From contig JBPGPT010000013.1 of assembly GCA_051047955.1 (NCBI GenBank), positions 248,001-312,000 of the forward strand: a stretch of 64,000 bases of DNA. Reading direction: 5' to 3'. Under the pieces are notes generated by a model that saw nothing but the letters and a program-made list of their open reading frames with translations, was not told where the DNA came from and ran no database searches. Below, one piece after another: positions 50,001 to 62,924 of this stretch. The position numbers and the translations under genes were made by a program. How positions within the stretch are numbered: position 1 is the first letter of the stretch; each line of letters opens with the position of its first letter. The stretch comes from Cystobasidiomycetes sp. EMM_F5 (lineage: Eukaryota).

Positions 50001-53000
50001 CGAAGGATGGTACCTCGCTCGGCAAGGGCATCTCGTCGAGGACAAGTTGAATGTTGGGTGTCTGGCCTGCTGCACTAGCGAAGTAGCCCAGTAATCTTGC
50101 GTTTACGACTCGCTCAACTCTCCATCTTTGAGCGGCAGCGTCCTCCACAGGATGTTCTTCGCCAGATCTACAGATTGCTTCCAACAGGGACCACGCATAC
50201 AAGTGAAGTTGTACGATCGTGCTCTGCAATAGTCTAGGCAATTGCCTGGCGATGACAGCATCCCACAATCTCGTCAGTTGTGTCCACTGGAAATATCGAT
50301 CATTGACGGAGCTTGTGGGGAGAGTCGCTATTATCCCGGAAAAGGTATAAATGAGGGAGACAAGCAAGCAGGACGCAGCCCTTATCGACTGCGAGGCCGC
50401 ATACCTGTCCTCAGTCCATGTAGCCTTTTCGGTACTGTCGATATTTTGTAAGATCACCCGCAAGGCTCTGTCATTGATGCCCCATAACATGTCGTCCTGC
50501 TTCAATGACTGCTGCGTCATGGATTTAGGCATTTGCAGAGGTGCGCCGCCCGCTGTCTCGGCATTAGCGACAGTCGGTACTCCTTTTCTCGCGGTTTCTG
50601 TGCTTGTCACAGCCCAGGAGTAGACGACATGAACGAAGGTGGCGAGATGAAAAGCGATGCAGTCATCCCCCATGTCGCTTTCTCTGATCTTGATGACGCC
50701 CTCCAGCCACCTATGAGGCCCTTTATGCTCCATCTTACGAAGACGGCGACCGAGCAGTACGGGCAGAGTGTTGACTGTCAGCCTGGCGAATGAGTACTCG
50801 CCCGCTATTCCAGAATTTCCTCGTTCACAAGCACAAGTTATTGCGTTAGAGAATCCTAAAAGCGCTGGTGACTTGACGGTGGATGACCAGTACTTGTGCA
50901 GCTCGGCAGAGACTTTGTCCTGGCAGACTGTCTGCTCTGAAACGCCGGCCTCGGTCCTATCTGTCCAGCCGGTCGTCAAAGCCCAGGCAAGCGCAGCGAG
51001 AAAAGCCGCCGAATTGTCCCGCAGCGGCTTAACTGCGCTACTCAAAAACGTTGTGCAGCTTGTAATAGTCCCGGCCGCCGCCTCGTTCAGGAATATGCGG
51101 ACCGTCTCCGTCGAACATACGAAGAGGAGAGCTCGAAACGCTCTGAGAGCTTCCACTGAAGCTCGTTTGGCCTTTTCCCCATTCTTGCTGACTTTGCCAG
51201 TACAGCTTAAGCTCTTCAGAACGGCGTGAACGAGTGCTTGAAGGACCGTGTTTGACGTGCTCGCTTCGGCCACAGAAGCGATATCGGAATCTGGGACCGG
51301 CTCTAGCAAGACTGTCCGAGACAGTGTCTGATTGGCTACGAGCCAATTGACAGATGCAACAACTTCGCGGTGCTTTGTGCCCGTTAATTGGTTCGACGAT
51401 GGAATACTTGAGACAAGGACGAGCAACGATATAAGCTTGGGCCCTGTAAACGGCAGCCATCAGTCGAGACGAACAAAGGCTTCATTGTCTAGAAAGGTCA
51501 CGTACGCTTCATCTTCTCCCAAAATCGCCCATCCGACAATACAGCACCAGCCGCTTGAAGAGCGGCTTCCGCTACATGCAATTCATTACGCCTGCGCCGA
51601 GTCTCCGTAGTTGATCGTCCCGTCTTTTTCGGTGCATCAATCTTTGCTATTGGCAGCGGAGAAGAAGAAGCAGGGTTCGGGACCGCAACAGGGTCCGCTG
51701 CGGAAGTAGATGCCACCGGACCAAAGTCGCTGTCCGCTGTGGTCGGGTCCGCTGTCGCAGCACCCTGCATCAAAAAGGTGATAGATTCTGATCGACCTGC
51801 CACCGCAGATGCTGCTTCGGATGCATCACGTTGAGCCCCTACCGCAACCGAAGGAAGCGGCACAGGATGAATGGCGTGATAAATGTCGCGGTATAGGCAA
51901 GCGACCAGAACATCCGCCAGATCATCGAATTGCTCATCTAGATTATCGCGGACTTCGGTGCCGATGGCTGCCAGCCGTTGGGGCGATGCCAACCATGCTT
52001 GCACATAGGTGAATATGGTAGCGTATGCGTTCTCCAACTCACGCAACTGAATGGGAGCCCGAAGCACTGGCGACGGGGTAGAATTTGTCACATCGGCATC
52101 ACTTTGACCAGCCATACTTCTCGTCTCGGGCAAGTTCCTCGGTGCAAAGTCGACAGGTACAGATTCGAAAATGTCCTTCCCTGCACTATCGTCCTGGCCG
52201 TTGCCATTGCCGTCCTCACCGTACCATACTGGTGACACGAGAGAATGTTTGAGCGTGTGCATCGACGAAATGATGTACGTTCTTGGGTCTGCATCGATTT
52301 GCGTGGTGTTGGAATTACTGTCGATTGACTGAACTGGATCATATCCCGGAGCTGGCAATAAACCCAAGCCGATTTTGGGGGACGCCGGTGGTGGTGGTGC
52401 AGCACCTCCTTTTGCCAACTGATCCAGAAATGCCGATGAAGCTGGTGCTGAGGCCTCCTCTGTCGCCCTCCCTTTTCCCTTCGAGCCTGTCCCAGTAGAC
52501 GTGGTTGCCGTAACATTTCGCAGATCCGGATATGTAACAATGTGCTTCCTTCCCGAGCCATTTGCTTTCGTAATTTCCGTCAATATCTCCTGCAAAGCTC
52601 TGTCTTCTCCATCTATGACTGGAAGTGGCCGTCCAGACATTCTCGGACTGTTGCGAGGACTACTTCGAGGACTTGTGCCGTAGCTGCTCAGCATCTTTCG
52701 CGGCGATGAGGTCGACGGTGAGCGAATGCTTGCAGATGGACTGTTTGCATTGTGCAGACTGTCGCAAAGAATTGCCACCTTGACTGCCGAAAAGTTTAGC
52801 TTTATACCAGTCGAGCGAAATATAGGCTGAGCGATTCTCCTCCCTGGCGAAAAGTTCAACGAAGAGTTTCGGCGGTGGTGACTCGCTTGGCTATTGCGCT
52901 TCTTTAGTATACTCTTTGGCTTGATTCTACTAGAGGTGTTCGAAGACAATAAAGGCGATGTGGGAAAGAGGCTTCGTGCATGCGGAAAGTCTGAACGAGC

Positions 53001-53492
53001 ACTGCCCGAGGTTCCAGACAATCGGCGCGAAGGAGATGTAAGGGTGTAATTCTTTGTTGTACTCTTACTTGCTCTTCGGGGTGCCAAGGGCGACGATGAC
53101 GAAGTGGTAGAAGAAGAAGATACGAGCAGAGTGCTTGAGCTCGTGACGGCAGAGCTGATGTCTGCAGCCGGATCGCTGTCACCACCGGTTTGTACTGCAT
53201 AAGGGTGAAACCGATGCTTGGGCGAGCTTGCACACGACGGACGGTGAGCCAGCGACCATACCACTCTCCTACTCGACGCTGTATGCGATGTATGAGCTGT
53301 GCTCGATGGCGCTTCAATGACAATACCGCCTTGGAGCTCCTTTGCGGCCACATCTCCGTCACCGCCTGCTACGCTCGCTGGGGGAGTCGGAGCCTGTCCA
53401 TCGCTCGACGAGAGGGGCGACGAGGAGGATATCGCAGACGAAAAGGACAGAAGCGGGAGTGGAGCGTCGCTGAATTGCTCAATGGCCGACAT
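47050..53492 (-). CDS. RIF1: Large multi-exon protein, probable Rif1 (telomere/replication-timing regulator)
   Basis: ORFs 51498-53606, 49579-51426, 48616-49572 and 47050-48582 are collinear and separated by intron-sized gaps. N-terminal RRVVW (RVxF type) followed by KSILKK (SILK), long helical HEAT-like middle, acidic S/TQ-rich disordered region, short C-terminal helix. The call rests on motifs and architecture only. Confidence 0.6.
48452..48509 (-). repeat. In-frame 15-bp coding minisatellite x4 encoding LESAN
   Basis: gcagattccaggttt repeated four times (last copy imperfect), translating to LESANLESANLESANLESAN. Confidence 0.95.
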
Positions 53493-53789
53493 GGGCCACG
53501 ACTGACAGGCTGCAGGCAGGGGCGGCTTGGGTCGGCCAGGAATCCGAGACGAGGGAAGAGGACGAGCCTGAGGAAGCAGAACTAAAGTCAAGTCAAGAAG
53601 GTGCAAGTGAAGAGCAGAACAGAAAGCTCAAAGATGGTCAATTTAATGGGATTGCCGAGTGGTTAGCCCCTGATCGAGCCACACGCGACGCGTTAAGGTG
53701 GCCGGCGAGTAGATATCGCAGCGACTGCAGCGAGCTTTGCGTAGACTACACTGACACGACACACAACAAGACGCGTAGAGGCGCGCAGT

Positions 53790-55406
53790 CTAACCCAGCT
53801 GGAGGGTCGGCTCGTCCACTTCGTACAACCTGCCACGGATGCCCCACAGTCCCCAATTGGCCTTTGCTCCGACACGCGGATCGCTCTCCAGTATCTCCCA
53901 CTTTTCACTGCGGAAATAGTTCTCGCCGGGCGTAAGGATCCAGTCAAACTCGCCCTTGTCGCCCTGGACAGACTGCAGCGAGTCGAGCGCAAGGACATCC
54001 CTCTCCAGATCCTTGGGCGAGAAGCCAGTACAGAACAGTGGACACTTCGTCGAGATGATCTGCGACAGGGCTGTGGACCAGTTGGTCTGCGCTTGCGTCT
54101 TGGTAGGATCCTGTTCATCCGGGAAGCCGAAACCAGGCGAGAAGGAGAAGAAGCAGTCGCTGCACAAAACGCCGTGTCAAGAATGGCACATACACAAGAG
54201 CACGTCATTCCCGAAGCCTACCTATACGGGTCAAAGGGTCCGAGCGCATTGTGCACCTTTTCATACGGCGCTTGTATCGTTGTCAACGAAAGCTGTTCCG
54301 ATACATACGTCGTTGTAGCTGGACATCCATACTTTGGCGTGTCCTTGGTATTATGCATGGTCCCGCCCTGTTTCGTATGCGTGAAAATCACTTCGGGGCC
54401 TATAAAATAAATGTGTATCGCAACGCTCGTCTTGAACAGGTGGGTGATTTGCTGCCACACGTGAGGCGGTAGTGATGATTCTGCTCTTGCCCCTAGGATG
54501 AAGACGCGTGTAGGCTCAATTGGTCTGCCAGTAATTGAAGGCTTGGCTCCATCAATCGGATGAAGAGCTTGTCGTAAGGCTAGAACATCATCGCCATCAT
54601 CACAGCTGAGTCAGTGTCATCTGTGTGAATATAGCTCCAGTCTGAACATACCAGTGAGCGACCGCAAACCCTCTGCAGTCAGCCTTTGATTCCGCATGTT
54701 GTAAGGACTGTTTTCGTGAATGACGCTCCCAATGGTAATGGGAAAGGTCAAGAGTTTTGACACGTGTCTGACTGATCTGTCTGTATCTATACTCGCAAAT
54801 CCACGAGTGTAGAAGAAGATATCCCAATTTGCCATCGATATAGCTTCTTCCCAAGGTTGTTCCCCGGGCAGCTCAAATTCCTTCAGGTGTCTCCCGGACC
54901 GCAAGTCATGCTCATCTTCGTTGACTTCCTTCAGCCGGGGCCAGTATCTTCCGTGCTCCCTGTCTGCTTCCCACTCTGCCCGGCTGTAGTGTGTTGGCCA
55001 TCCACACGACGGACAATCGTACTCAACATGACGCTGCACGCCTCGTGCAAGAGATACGGGACAGTAAGCCTGTTCCCTTACTCGCTGCGCTTTCTCTTGC
55101 AGCGCAGGAAACGGCGATTGCGAGAGCTAGATGCGTTTTATGACCAAAAGACGCATCTTCAGCACTTTACAAAGAGCGCATTGAGGTATCGCTTACTGGA
55201 TGGAACAAGTCATCCTGCGAGAGGGTGGGCTTGTAGACTGGCTGCGGAGGCTCTGGCCGCTTCTGCTTGCTGCGACCGAATCCGAACAGTGATCTCGACG
55301 GAGCATGCTGCGACAGCTTTGACGCTGCAGCTGTGCAAGGTCGGATACTGTGCCGGCAGACGCAGTTGAGGGCAGCCTGCGACGTGGATGCGACGAGTGA
55401 AGCCAT
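53790..55406 (-). CDS. MSS51: Mss51, mitochondrial COX1 translation/assembly factor
   Basis: Presequence; LSQDDLFHP; YDCPSCGWPTH...LKEVNEDEHDLRSGR; NWDIFFYTRGF...RHVSKLLTFPITIGSVIHENSPY; ILGARAESSLP; IYFIGPE; FDPY; FSPGFGFP; GENYFRSEKWE...ANWGLWGIRG. Confidence 0.92.
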
Positions 55407-55528
55407 GTTCAAGTTGGAGCACCTCTAAATTACGCTGAGTTAAGATGGATTGCAACAAGCAATATGCTTTGTGCCGGAAAGGATAGACTTTACATCATTA
55501 CTACCGACAGACTACGTATATTTATTCC

Positions 55529-57431
55529 CTAACTCGAATGCGCATCGAGATCCGCCCGTAAAAGCTGCTCCACTTCTGGTCCCCTTGGACTACACGTCAC
55601 TTCAAACTTCGGCGGCGTACTAAGAATGCTGGATCAGCCAGGTTTTCTTTTCAGCACTTCTACATCAACCTGGACCTACCAGGGTAGTACTCCAATCCAA
55701 TCCTCGTACGCCGCACTAGGCAGAATCCTATTGCCGTTTGCATCGATGGGCGCAACAAAGTCGAAAGCCCATAAAAGCATAACAATATTGATGAACAGCG
55801 TCCCCTCCGCAAGGTGCATAGCGGAGCATTTGCGAGCTCCGAATCCCCACGTCGGCAACTCTGCCCTCTTTGTGAATGAGCCATCTTCCCGAAGATGCCT
55901 TTCTGGCCTGAAAATTTCTGGTGACGGATAGACTGATTCATCTTGCGACATCTCCCACAGTGATGGAAAGAAACGAGCTCCTTTAGGGATGTACATCCCG
56001 TCATACCAGTCGTCTTCTGTCGCAGTGTGGCAGACTCCGATGGGTGTCAGTGGTCGCCACCTCTGTGTCTCAAGTATGACTGCCCGAGTGTAAGGAAGTG
56101 AATCCTTGTCCTCGAATTGCGGCAGTCGTTCTCGCCCACACAACGCATCGATCTCTGCCTGAGCTTTTGCGCAAATTTTGGGATGATGCAGCATTGCTAG
56201 AATGAATATACGCAGGGTAACGTCTGGTAACTGTAGAATCATTGTCAGCAGGAGGTTCGGACGTGGTTATTATCGTCAACACTCACATCGCCACCAGCTG
56301 TAAGCAGGTTGCCGGCTGCAAATGCCAGATCGACATCATTGAAGCCATATCGCCTTGAGGCGTCGCTTTCGAGCCACTTTGCGACGACTGACTTCGCAGG
56401 TTTACCTATTGCCTTTCATACAGTAACTTCAGCTATTGCGATTCTGAAGTGACCAATCAAAGCTTGACTCACTAGACCTTCCCGTACATCTGAAATCACA
56501 CCTGTCCAAAGCGCTTTATCGGTTTGATGGTACTTTTCTCCAATCTCGTAGAAATTGCAGCCTGGTATCCAATTTGGGAGGAAGCGCATCCATGGGTATA
56601 TATTGAGCAGCGGCGTCAATGCTGGTTTGGGTCGCGCTTGCGTCGCGTCAACGTGCGCCCACAGCTGCTCGTAAGTGTGATGCGAAAGGGCCGCAAATGT
56701 CATGCATAGAACGAGTGAATGCTGGCTGCGAGTGATCACGGATGTGTACTCGGTCGGATGCGCCAACATGTCCGCACAGAATTTGACTGCTTCATTCGTC
56801 TGGACAGGTTGGGCATTCCGAGAGCCTTGGGCACCGAGATCTTCATTCAGCAACTTTCGTCGTTTGGCAACCCTGTATGTAGGATTAGTCTTTCCAGTCG
56901 ATAAGATGAATGCATCCTCCTCACGCTTCAGGTTCATCGATGTTGGCCAAAACAAGACTCCTCTCCACAATCTCGACATCAAAAACGTTGCGAGGCCGCC
57001 CGGAATAGATCTTTGGGCGTTTCTCGAGTAGATCTATAGCTGCTTGCATGGAATTAATTATAATGCTGTCTTGCCCAAGTGTCGGTACGTAGAGCAGATG
57101 GGCTGGCGTGCTTGTGTTATTAGACTGTGCTGATCTCGAATACATGAATTTGCAAATCCAACTCACGAGCATTGTACTCCCTCGACCATCTGTCAAACCT
57201 GATCCATGGCTTTATGCTATCATCCAGCATCTCCTTCGTCACTCCCAGCACATATTGACCTTTCGGCCCTGGCGGTAGCTGCTTCCTTCGCTTGCTCTCG
57301 GCATAGATGGGTATTACAATACGCCATACCAGGGCCAATATACAGCTAACAAGGGCCAATGAGCGATACGATACTGAGAGGACCACCGTTGCTGGAGCGT
57401 GGTCCGGAAGGAAGTGAGTGAACGTCGACAT
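55529..57431 (-). CDS. Cytochrome P450, membrane anchored, atypical I-helix
   Basis: TM plus LPPGPKG; AAIDLLEKR..IYSGRP; I-helix AAGNLLTAGGD-LPDVTL; KAQAEID; ExxR (ETQR); PERH; heme motif WGFGARKCSA. Confidence 0.93.
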
Positions 57432-57832
57432 CGCTAGTTGACGGCTGCATGAGATGTCTCAGATCTCGAGCTGGTTCAGGGCAGGTCAGAGATTGTCAAT
57501 AGTTTCTGCGTGTTGGTGTCAGGGAAAGCCTCGAGGTGTCATTTCCTGCGAGCTCATCAGTTGCATCTTTTTGACCCAACCCGGCTATTGTCTGAGCAAC
57601 AAAAGCGTCCCCGAGTAAGTTAGTCGGTGGAGAGAGATGGAGCGTACGAGCACTTCGATGCGAGGTGTGGATGTGCTACTCCGACTGCGAGGCTGCTACC
57701 ACTTCTGCTGCTCGCTTGGCGCATGACCGAGCTCGATATCGCGAGCCTTGCTTCTCGACCATTTCCCACCGTGTAATTGCTGCCATCCCATGTCATAATC
57801 TTGCCATTGCTGCCATATACTGCTAATCATTA

Positions 57833-58732
57833 ATGGACCATCACGGCGGCATGCAGCACGGCGGTCACGGTGGGATGGACATGTCGACGTGCTCGCCGCA
57901 GATGCTCCTCAACAGCGAGCTGCTCTTGAATCTCACGACAATAGCCCAAGATGCTGACCATGTTGTGTGTGTATTGACTGAACGACAGGCGACTACGCTG
58001 CGACGTGCATAGTGTCGCCAGGTATGCTTGATGGGATATACGCGATTGACGGAGAGACAGCTAAGACGCCGTGTCAATTTATATGCGCACACTCTCAACT
58101 ATTCCACTCGCAGCCCTTCGCGTGCACAACATCACCACCCTCATCTTCTACATGCTCGTCCTCTTTGCAACGGGGATATTCTACGAATGGTGGCGATTGC
58201 AGCCGGCTCGCCTAGAAGCCAAGCTGCGGTCTAGCGATGCATTCAAGCAGGGCAAGCCGAGACATGTCGGGAACGATGACGGGCGGTCGAGGAGCCCGCT
58301 GCTGGGCGAACGGGTTTCAACTCCTGGTTTATACCCTGCGTAAGGCGTGGATGAGGTGCACCCGTGACTGCCGCCAAGATGGCTGACAGTGAGTGTACAG
58401 AGGACGCTTCACCACCTCGCAGAAGCTGCTGCGGTCAGGACTGTATACCAGCATAGTGGCAATGTCGTGAGTGTGGACAGTTTCGGATTGAGCGGGAGCA
58501 ACCAGCTGAGTATCGACTCACTGACGCACGCAGCTTCTTTCTCATGCTCGTAATCATGACGTACAATACGTACCTGATTACAGCTGTGCTTGCGTGAGTC
58601 TATGTGCCACAGTATTCACATCGCCCGCCAATGGCATACTCACACTCATGCGATAGGGGCGCATTCGTAGGACATTTCATGTTTCACGATGATCCCATCA
58701 TTGAGTTCGACAGAGGCATGGCCTGTCATTGA
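57833..58732 (+). CDS. Ctr-family copper transporter (Ctr2-like)
   Basis: His/Met-rich N-terminus MDHHGGMQHGGHGGMDMSTCSPQMLLN; TM1 LIFYMLVLFATGIFYEW; MxxxM motif FLMLVIMTYN; GAFVGHF; C-terminal GMACH*. Confidence 0.9.
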
Positions 58733-59009
58733 AGATTTGCGTTGGGCGAAGGAAGTAAGCTGTTCTGTACTCTGTATTCGGACTCCCAATCTGCTGTAAG
58801 TATCGGGAAAGCCATTTCCATGTGTTGTAGCTATGTAGTCGATGCGGTGTCATTGACAGAAGTTTTGTTCCATCGGGTCTGGTTGGCTTGCCCGTCAGTG
58901 CTTCTGTGGATTTTGTTGCCACCGTCAAGCTCTCCTCAGACCAAACGTAGAAATTATGCAATGTCTAGGATTGTCGAGACGCGGACATATGCAATCATCA
59001 CAAAAGTCC

Positions 59010-60071
59010 ATGAACGATAATGTTGATGTTCTCCTTCTTGGCTCCGGTACACGATGAACCAGAAGTCCGCAGCACCATCACTGACATCATGTACACAACC
59101 AGGCTGGACTGGCGGATTTCTGATTCCTTTACTGAAGCAGCAGAGCATTTCTTATGCGTCCACCTCGCGAGATGGCTCAGACGGAACTATCCGATTCTTA
59201 TTTGATCCAGAGTCCGACGACCAAACTCCGTTTGAAGCCTTGCCAAATGCCAAAACAATAATCATCATCTTCCCCATCTACATCTCTGGTGGAAGCAAGC
59301 GCATTACCGATCTTTACAATCGTACGCATCCTAAAGCGGCACATGTTCGATGGATACAGCTAGGATCGACCGGCATATGGAAGGTGTGGACATGTTTCAA
59401 ACGCCGTACAAGCTAAGACTCACAATATGTCAGGGCAATGGACCAACAGTGCAACCGATATCTTCAACATTCTCTTTCACCGACAGACATTCGCCAATAG
59501 ATCAGTCTTCAGATCGAGCGCGGGCCGAAGAGGAGCTTCTGAGCTGTGATTCGAAAGAAGGCCCAAACCGTATCGCTATTCTGAACTTATGCGGTCTGTG
59601 GGGTGGACCGAGATCAATCAGGCGGTATGTCAATCGGATCGCTGGATCAAAGGAAGCCCTGGCTGCGAAGACTTCGATACATATGATTCACGGGTAGGTT
59701 GGAATCGGTCCTGGAGGACGAAGTTGTTTGTCTTTGGGTAAGGCTAATCAAAAGGCAACAGAATTGACGTTGCTCGAGCATTACTGGCAATGCATCAAGC
59801 TACCAACAAAGTATACGGCCAGCGATGGCTAGTCACGGACCTGCGCGTGTACGATTGGTGGGATCTCGCTTCGAAGTGGGGCGAAGGGGGCGAAGAAGGA
59901 CGCGGCAAGCCGGCAACTGGTCCACAATCCCGCTGGGTGACAGAACTTATGCAAGAGAATGGAGTCCAAGCTCTACCGCGGACGCCACATCAATTGCGAC
60001 ACGCTCTCACTTCTAGCGAGTTTTGGCAAAGTATAGGTATTAGCCCTACGATGGGTGGTATGCTAGATTGA
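59010..60071 (+). CDS. Uncharacterised Rossmann-like (NAD(P)-binding) protein
   Basis: VDVLLLGSG-WTGGFL glycine-rich loop, YASTSRDG, WIQLGSTGIW, RARAEEELL, ILNLCGLWGG, HMIHG-IDVARA, QRWLVTDLRVYDWWDL. Confidence 0.75.
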
Positions 60072-60191
60072 AAAGGTGCTCTACAGAACAAGCGGTTTTT
60101 TCGTGTTTCTCCGCTGCGATGTATGAAGATGCTATTACGAGGTGATGGTTTTATATCATGCTTTTACTTTTGTATAATGTGGTGGAGTCTC

Positions 60192-62113
60192 CTACGCCGG
60201 GAAGAGCTCCAGCAGACTGTCTTTGTAGTCTTTCTTGGCTCGAGTGCGTATTCCACTAATCGCCCTCGGGCGGGAAACGCGATGTTGGTCACCACCAGCA
60301 AATAACGCGGGCATAGTATGCTGATCACGCGAGCCAGAAGAAGAGGGAAAAGGTACGGCATCGAGGCCAGGATCGGAGATCAGCGGGAAATTTGTCGGTG
60401 GGGAGCGAGGATGACGTTTCAAAGAGCGTTTGCTCAATGCCGGAGCAGGCATGTTTTCGAACCCCTCACTGCCAGCAAAAGGATCGTCGAGCGCTTCGCG
60501 AGATCCTGCAGAATTGCGACGCCGAGGTGGTGCAGCAAGGAGAGGTGCAATACTGTCCAGATCTGCGAATGATTTGTGAGTCCTGCCGCTGCCTGGCCAC
60601 TGTGAGGCGGATGTGTACGGAAGTCTGGGAAGGGGCGGGAGTGGCCCCAATTGCTTGATGAGATCCGCGCCTGGATACCGCATTGCCATCGCTTCTCTGC
60701 CTCGCGCGTGTCCAAGTGGAACTGGCGTTGATGACCTCGATGTGTGATATCTGCTGCTCGCTTGTAGTGAGTGATCGGCCCTACTATGATTTGACGATGA
60801 TGAAGTTGGTAAAGACATGTCGTCTTCGCTGTCCGAGAAAGGGCTCGAGTATCGATAGGACTGTGATTGCCGGAGGTTAGGCGAAGGTCGAAATCTAGTG
60901 TCCGAGCCGAGAGGGAGCGGAGTGTGTCCCGCAAAGCTGCCCTTGCTAGGAGTATCAGGCCGCTTGTGCGGATAAACGAGTGAAGCTTTTGCAGTCAAGT
61001 CGGGTTGCGAGAAGTAGGCGACCTCAGTCTCGGATTGGTACCGCGATGGGCGACCGAGCAAACTGCCCGAGTCAAAGTAGACTTCCCTGCCGGTACTATC
61101 ATCACGAAGCCATCCCGAATGACCTGAGAAACTACAAGATTTTGGTGTATCAGCCTGATAATACCGGTATGCGAAGCTATTCCTAATCAACAACACTCAC
61201 GACTGTACTCGACCATGGCGAAGGCTGTTGAAGTTTATGCCAATGTTTCGGACATCACCCCGCTCGCCTACCTCGAACGTTACGGGCAGTTTCCTACTCA
61301 AGAACGGCTGAGCATCCCGGTAGACCTAATCAGAAGTTCCGTCAGCAAAAGACGCTCGGACCATCCCGGAGCTGCCGTTGAACGGTAGACGGCGTATTAA
61401 TTACGGGTCACACACGTGTTCGTCAGCCCTGAATGCGTAGCCTGACAGTGGAAAGAGTGACTCTGTATCGACCTTGACCCTATGTGTCAATTATTGCAGA
61501 TGTCTGACAGGTGCGATGTGTACTCACTGGCGAAATGCAGCCTACCGCCGTGCCACTCTTCGGACTGCGTTCGAGATCTGTGACCACACCTCGCCGGATG
61601 GGCGAGGGCGCACCCTTCCTCCACATTGAGAAGGTCGTCTTGTAAGTAGGATGGAAGGAACAGCAAGCAGTCTCAGTTTCTTTCGCTCCTTTCTCTTAGC
61701 TTGAAGTTTTGAAATTTACTCGATGGTACCAGTACAAAATGCTCCAGGTCAGATGGACCCGTAAGTGTTGGCTGACGAGTCGAGTCGACTCGAGTGCATC
61801 TAGTAAATTCCTCCACTGTGGTGGAAGATGTTGCACAGAGAAGTGACGTTCCGTCGAATTTGCGGTCGACGGATTCTCGCAGACGCTTGCTGTCAAACCG
61901 TTTCAACGGAGTGGGCTGACAGCCGACAGCAATGAAGGGCAGCGTGTGTTTCTGTGATGGAAATGAAGTGTCGAGGTTGAGTGTTGACCAGGAGAGAAGA
62001 ACTGGACGTTTGTCCTTTGAAGAGCCAGGGAAGCCGCGCACCAAGATTGGGATACAGTAACTACTGTGTCGAAACCGACTGTACGAGAGTGGGAATGTGA
62101 CGGAAACGCCCAT
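60192..62113 (-). CDS. Hypothetical protein with putative tandem cold-shock/OB-like domains and an S/P/R-rich tail
   Basis: Spliced ...IRRGVVTDLERSPKSGTAVGCISP...LPVTFEVGERGDVRNIGINFNSLRHGRVQS-FSGHSGWLRDDSTGREVYFDSGSLLG...EVAYF...KASLVYP, then low complexity. The 5' end and the link to ORF 61673-62113 are uncertain. Confidence 0.55.
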
Positions 62114-62924
62114 TGTGCGAAATGCCAGATCTCGCCCGAAACTTGTTCACATGGTCCGTCGACATGCGGATTTTTGCGGATGCTCCGCTAGTCTGGCGTC
62201 GTGATGCGACTGCACTGGCTCGGGCTAGGCCAGACTGATATTCCGGATTGATTGAGTTGCGTAAGGTGTCTCGTCAGCATCCCGTAAGCGCGACATCGTC
62301 CTCAGAAGGCAACCCGGAGCAGTTAGAGCGAGTCCGAAGGTGTGTCTCAGCCCGCGAGCGTAAGCGACGATGCGACTAATGTGGAATGAATCATCTCCGC
62401 AAGGCCATCACGACAAGTGTGGGAATTGGACGTAGTTGCAACGTCAGTTGTTTGGATTGCGATGAATGGGATTCCTTGGGCCATTTCGCAGGCGGCTACA
62501 GCGTCGAGATGCGTCAAGGGGTCCGCGTCCTGTAGTCATGCCGGACTGATAGAATGCTATCATGCCATTCCGGTGCCAGTGTTCAGCTGGCTTCTTGGAT
62601 CACGGCTGTTGTCAATCTCGTTGTAGCGATGCTGGCGAGCCTCGAGGAGGTCTGAGCGTCAGCTTTTGACATGCATCTTATGAAGGAGACGGTGAAGGAA
62701 GCCATCAACAGTTGTTCTCGTCTGGCGGTGTTGGGTATCATCATATATGCAGAGGAGGGCGGAATAGGCAAAGACAAGGCAAACACACACACATCCATGG
62801 ACAAATTTCTAGATCATTTCGATAATGCTACAGTACGGTACACGGCATCTATCACTAATGCGCAACGTCCAGAAATAGTCGCTGATAGCCTCAATAGCCA
62901 TACTTTACTCGTCCTCGAAAACCC

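Noticed and set aside
57590..57602. Copper-response-element-like GTTGCTCA (minus strand) upstream of the Ctr gene
   Set aside because: Single imperfect match to the Mac1-type TTTGCTCA; not distinguishable from chance.
55529..60071. P450, Ctr and Rossmann-like gene as a secondary-metabolite cluster
   Set aside because: No backbone enzyme (PKS, NRPS, terpene synthase) or cluster regulator in the window.
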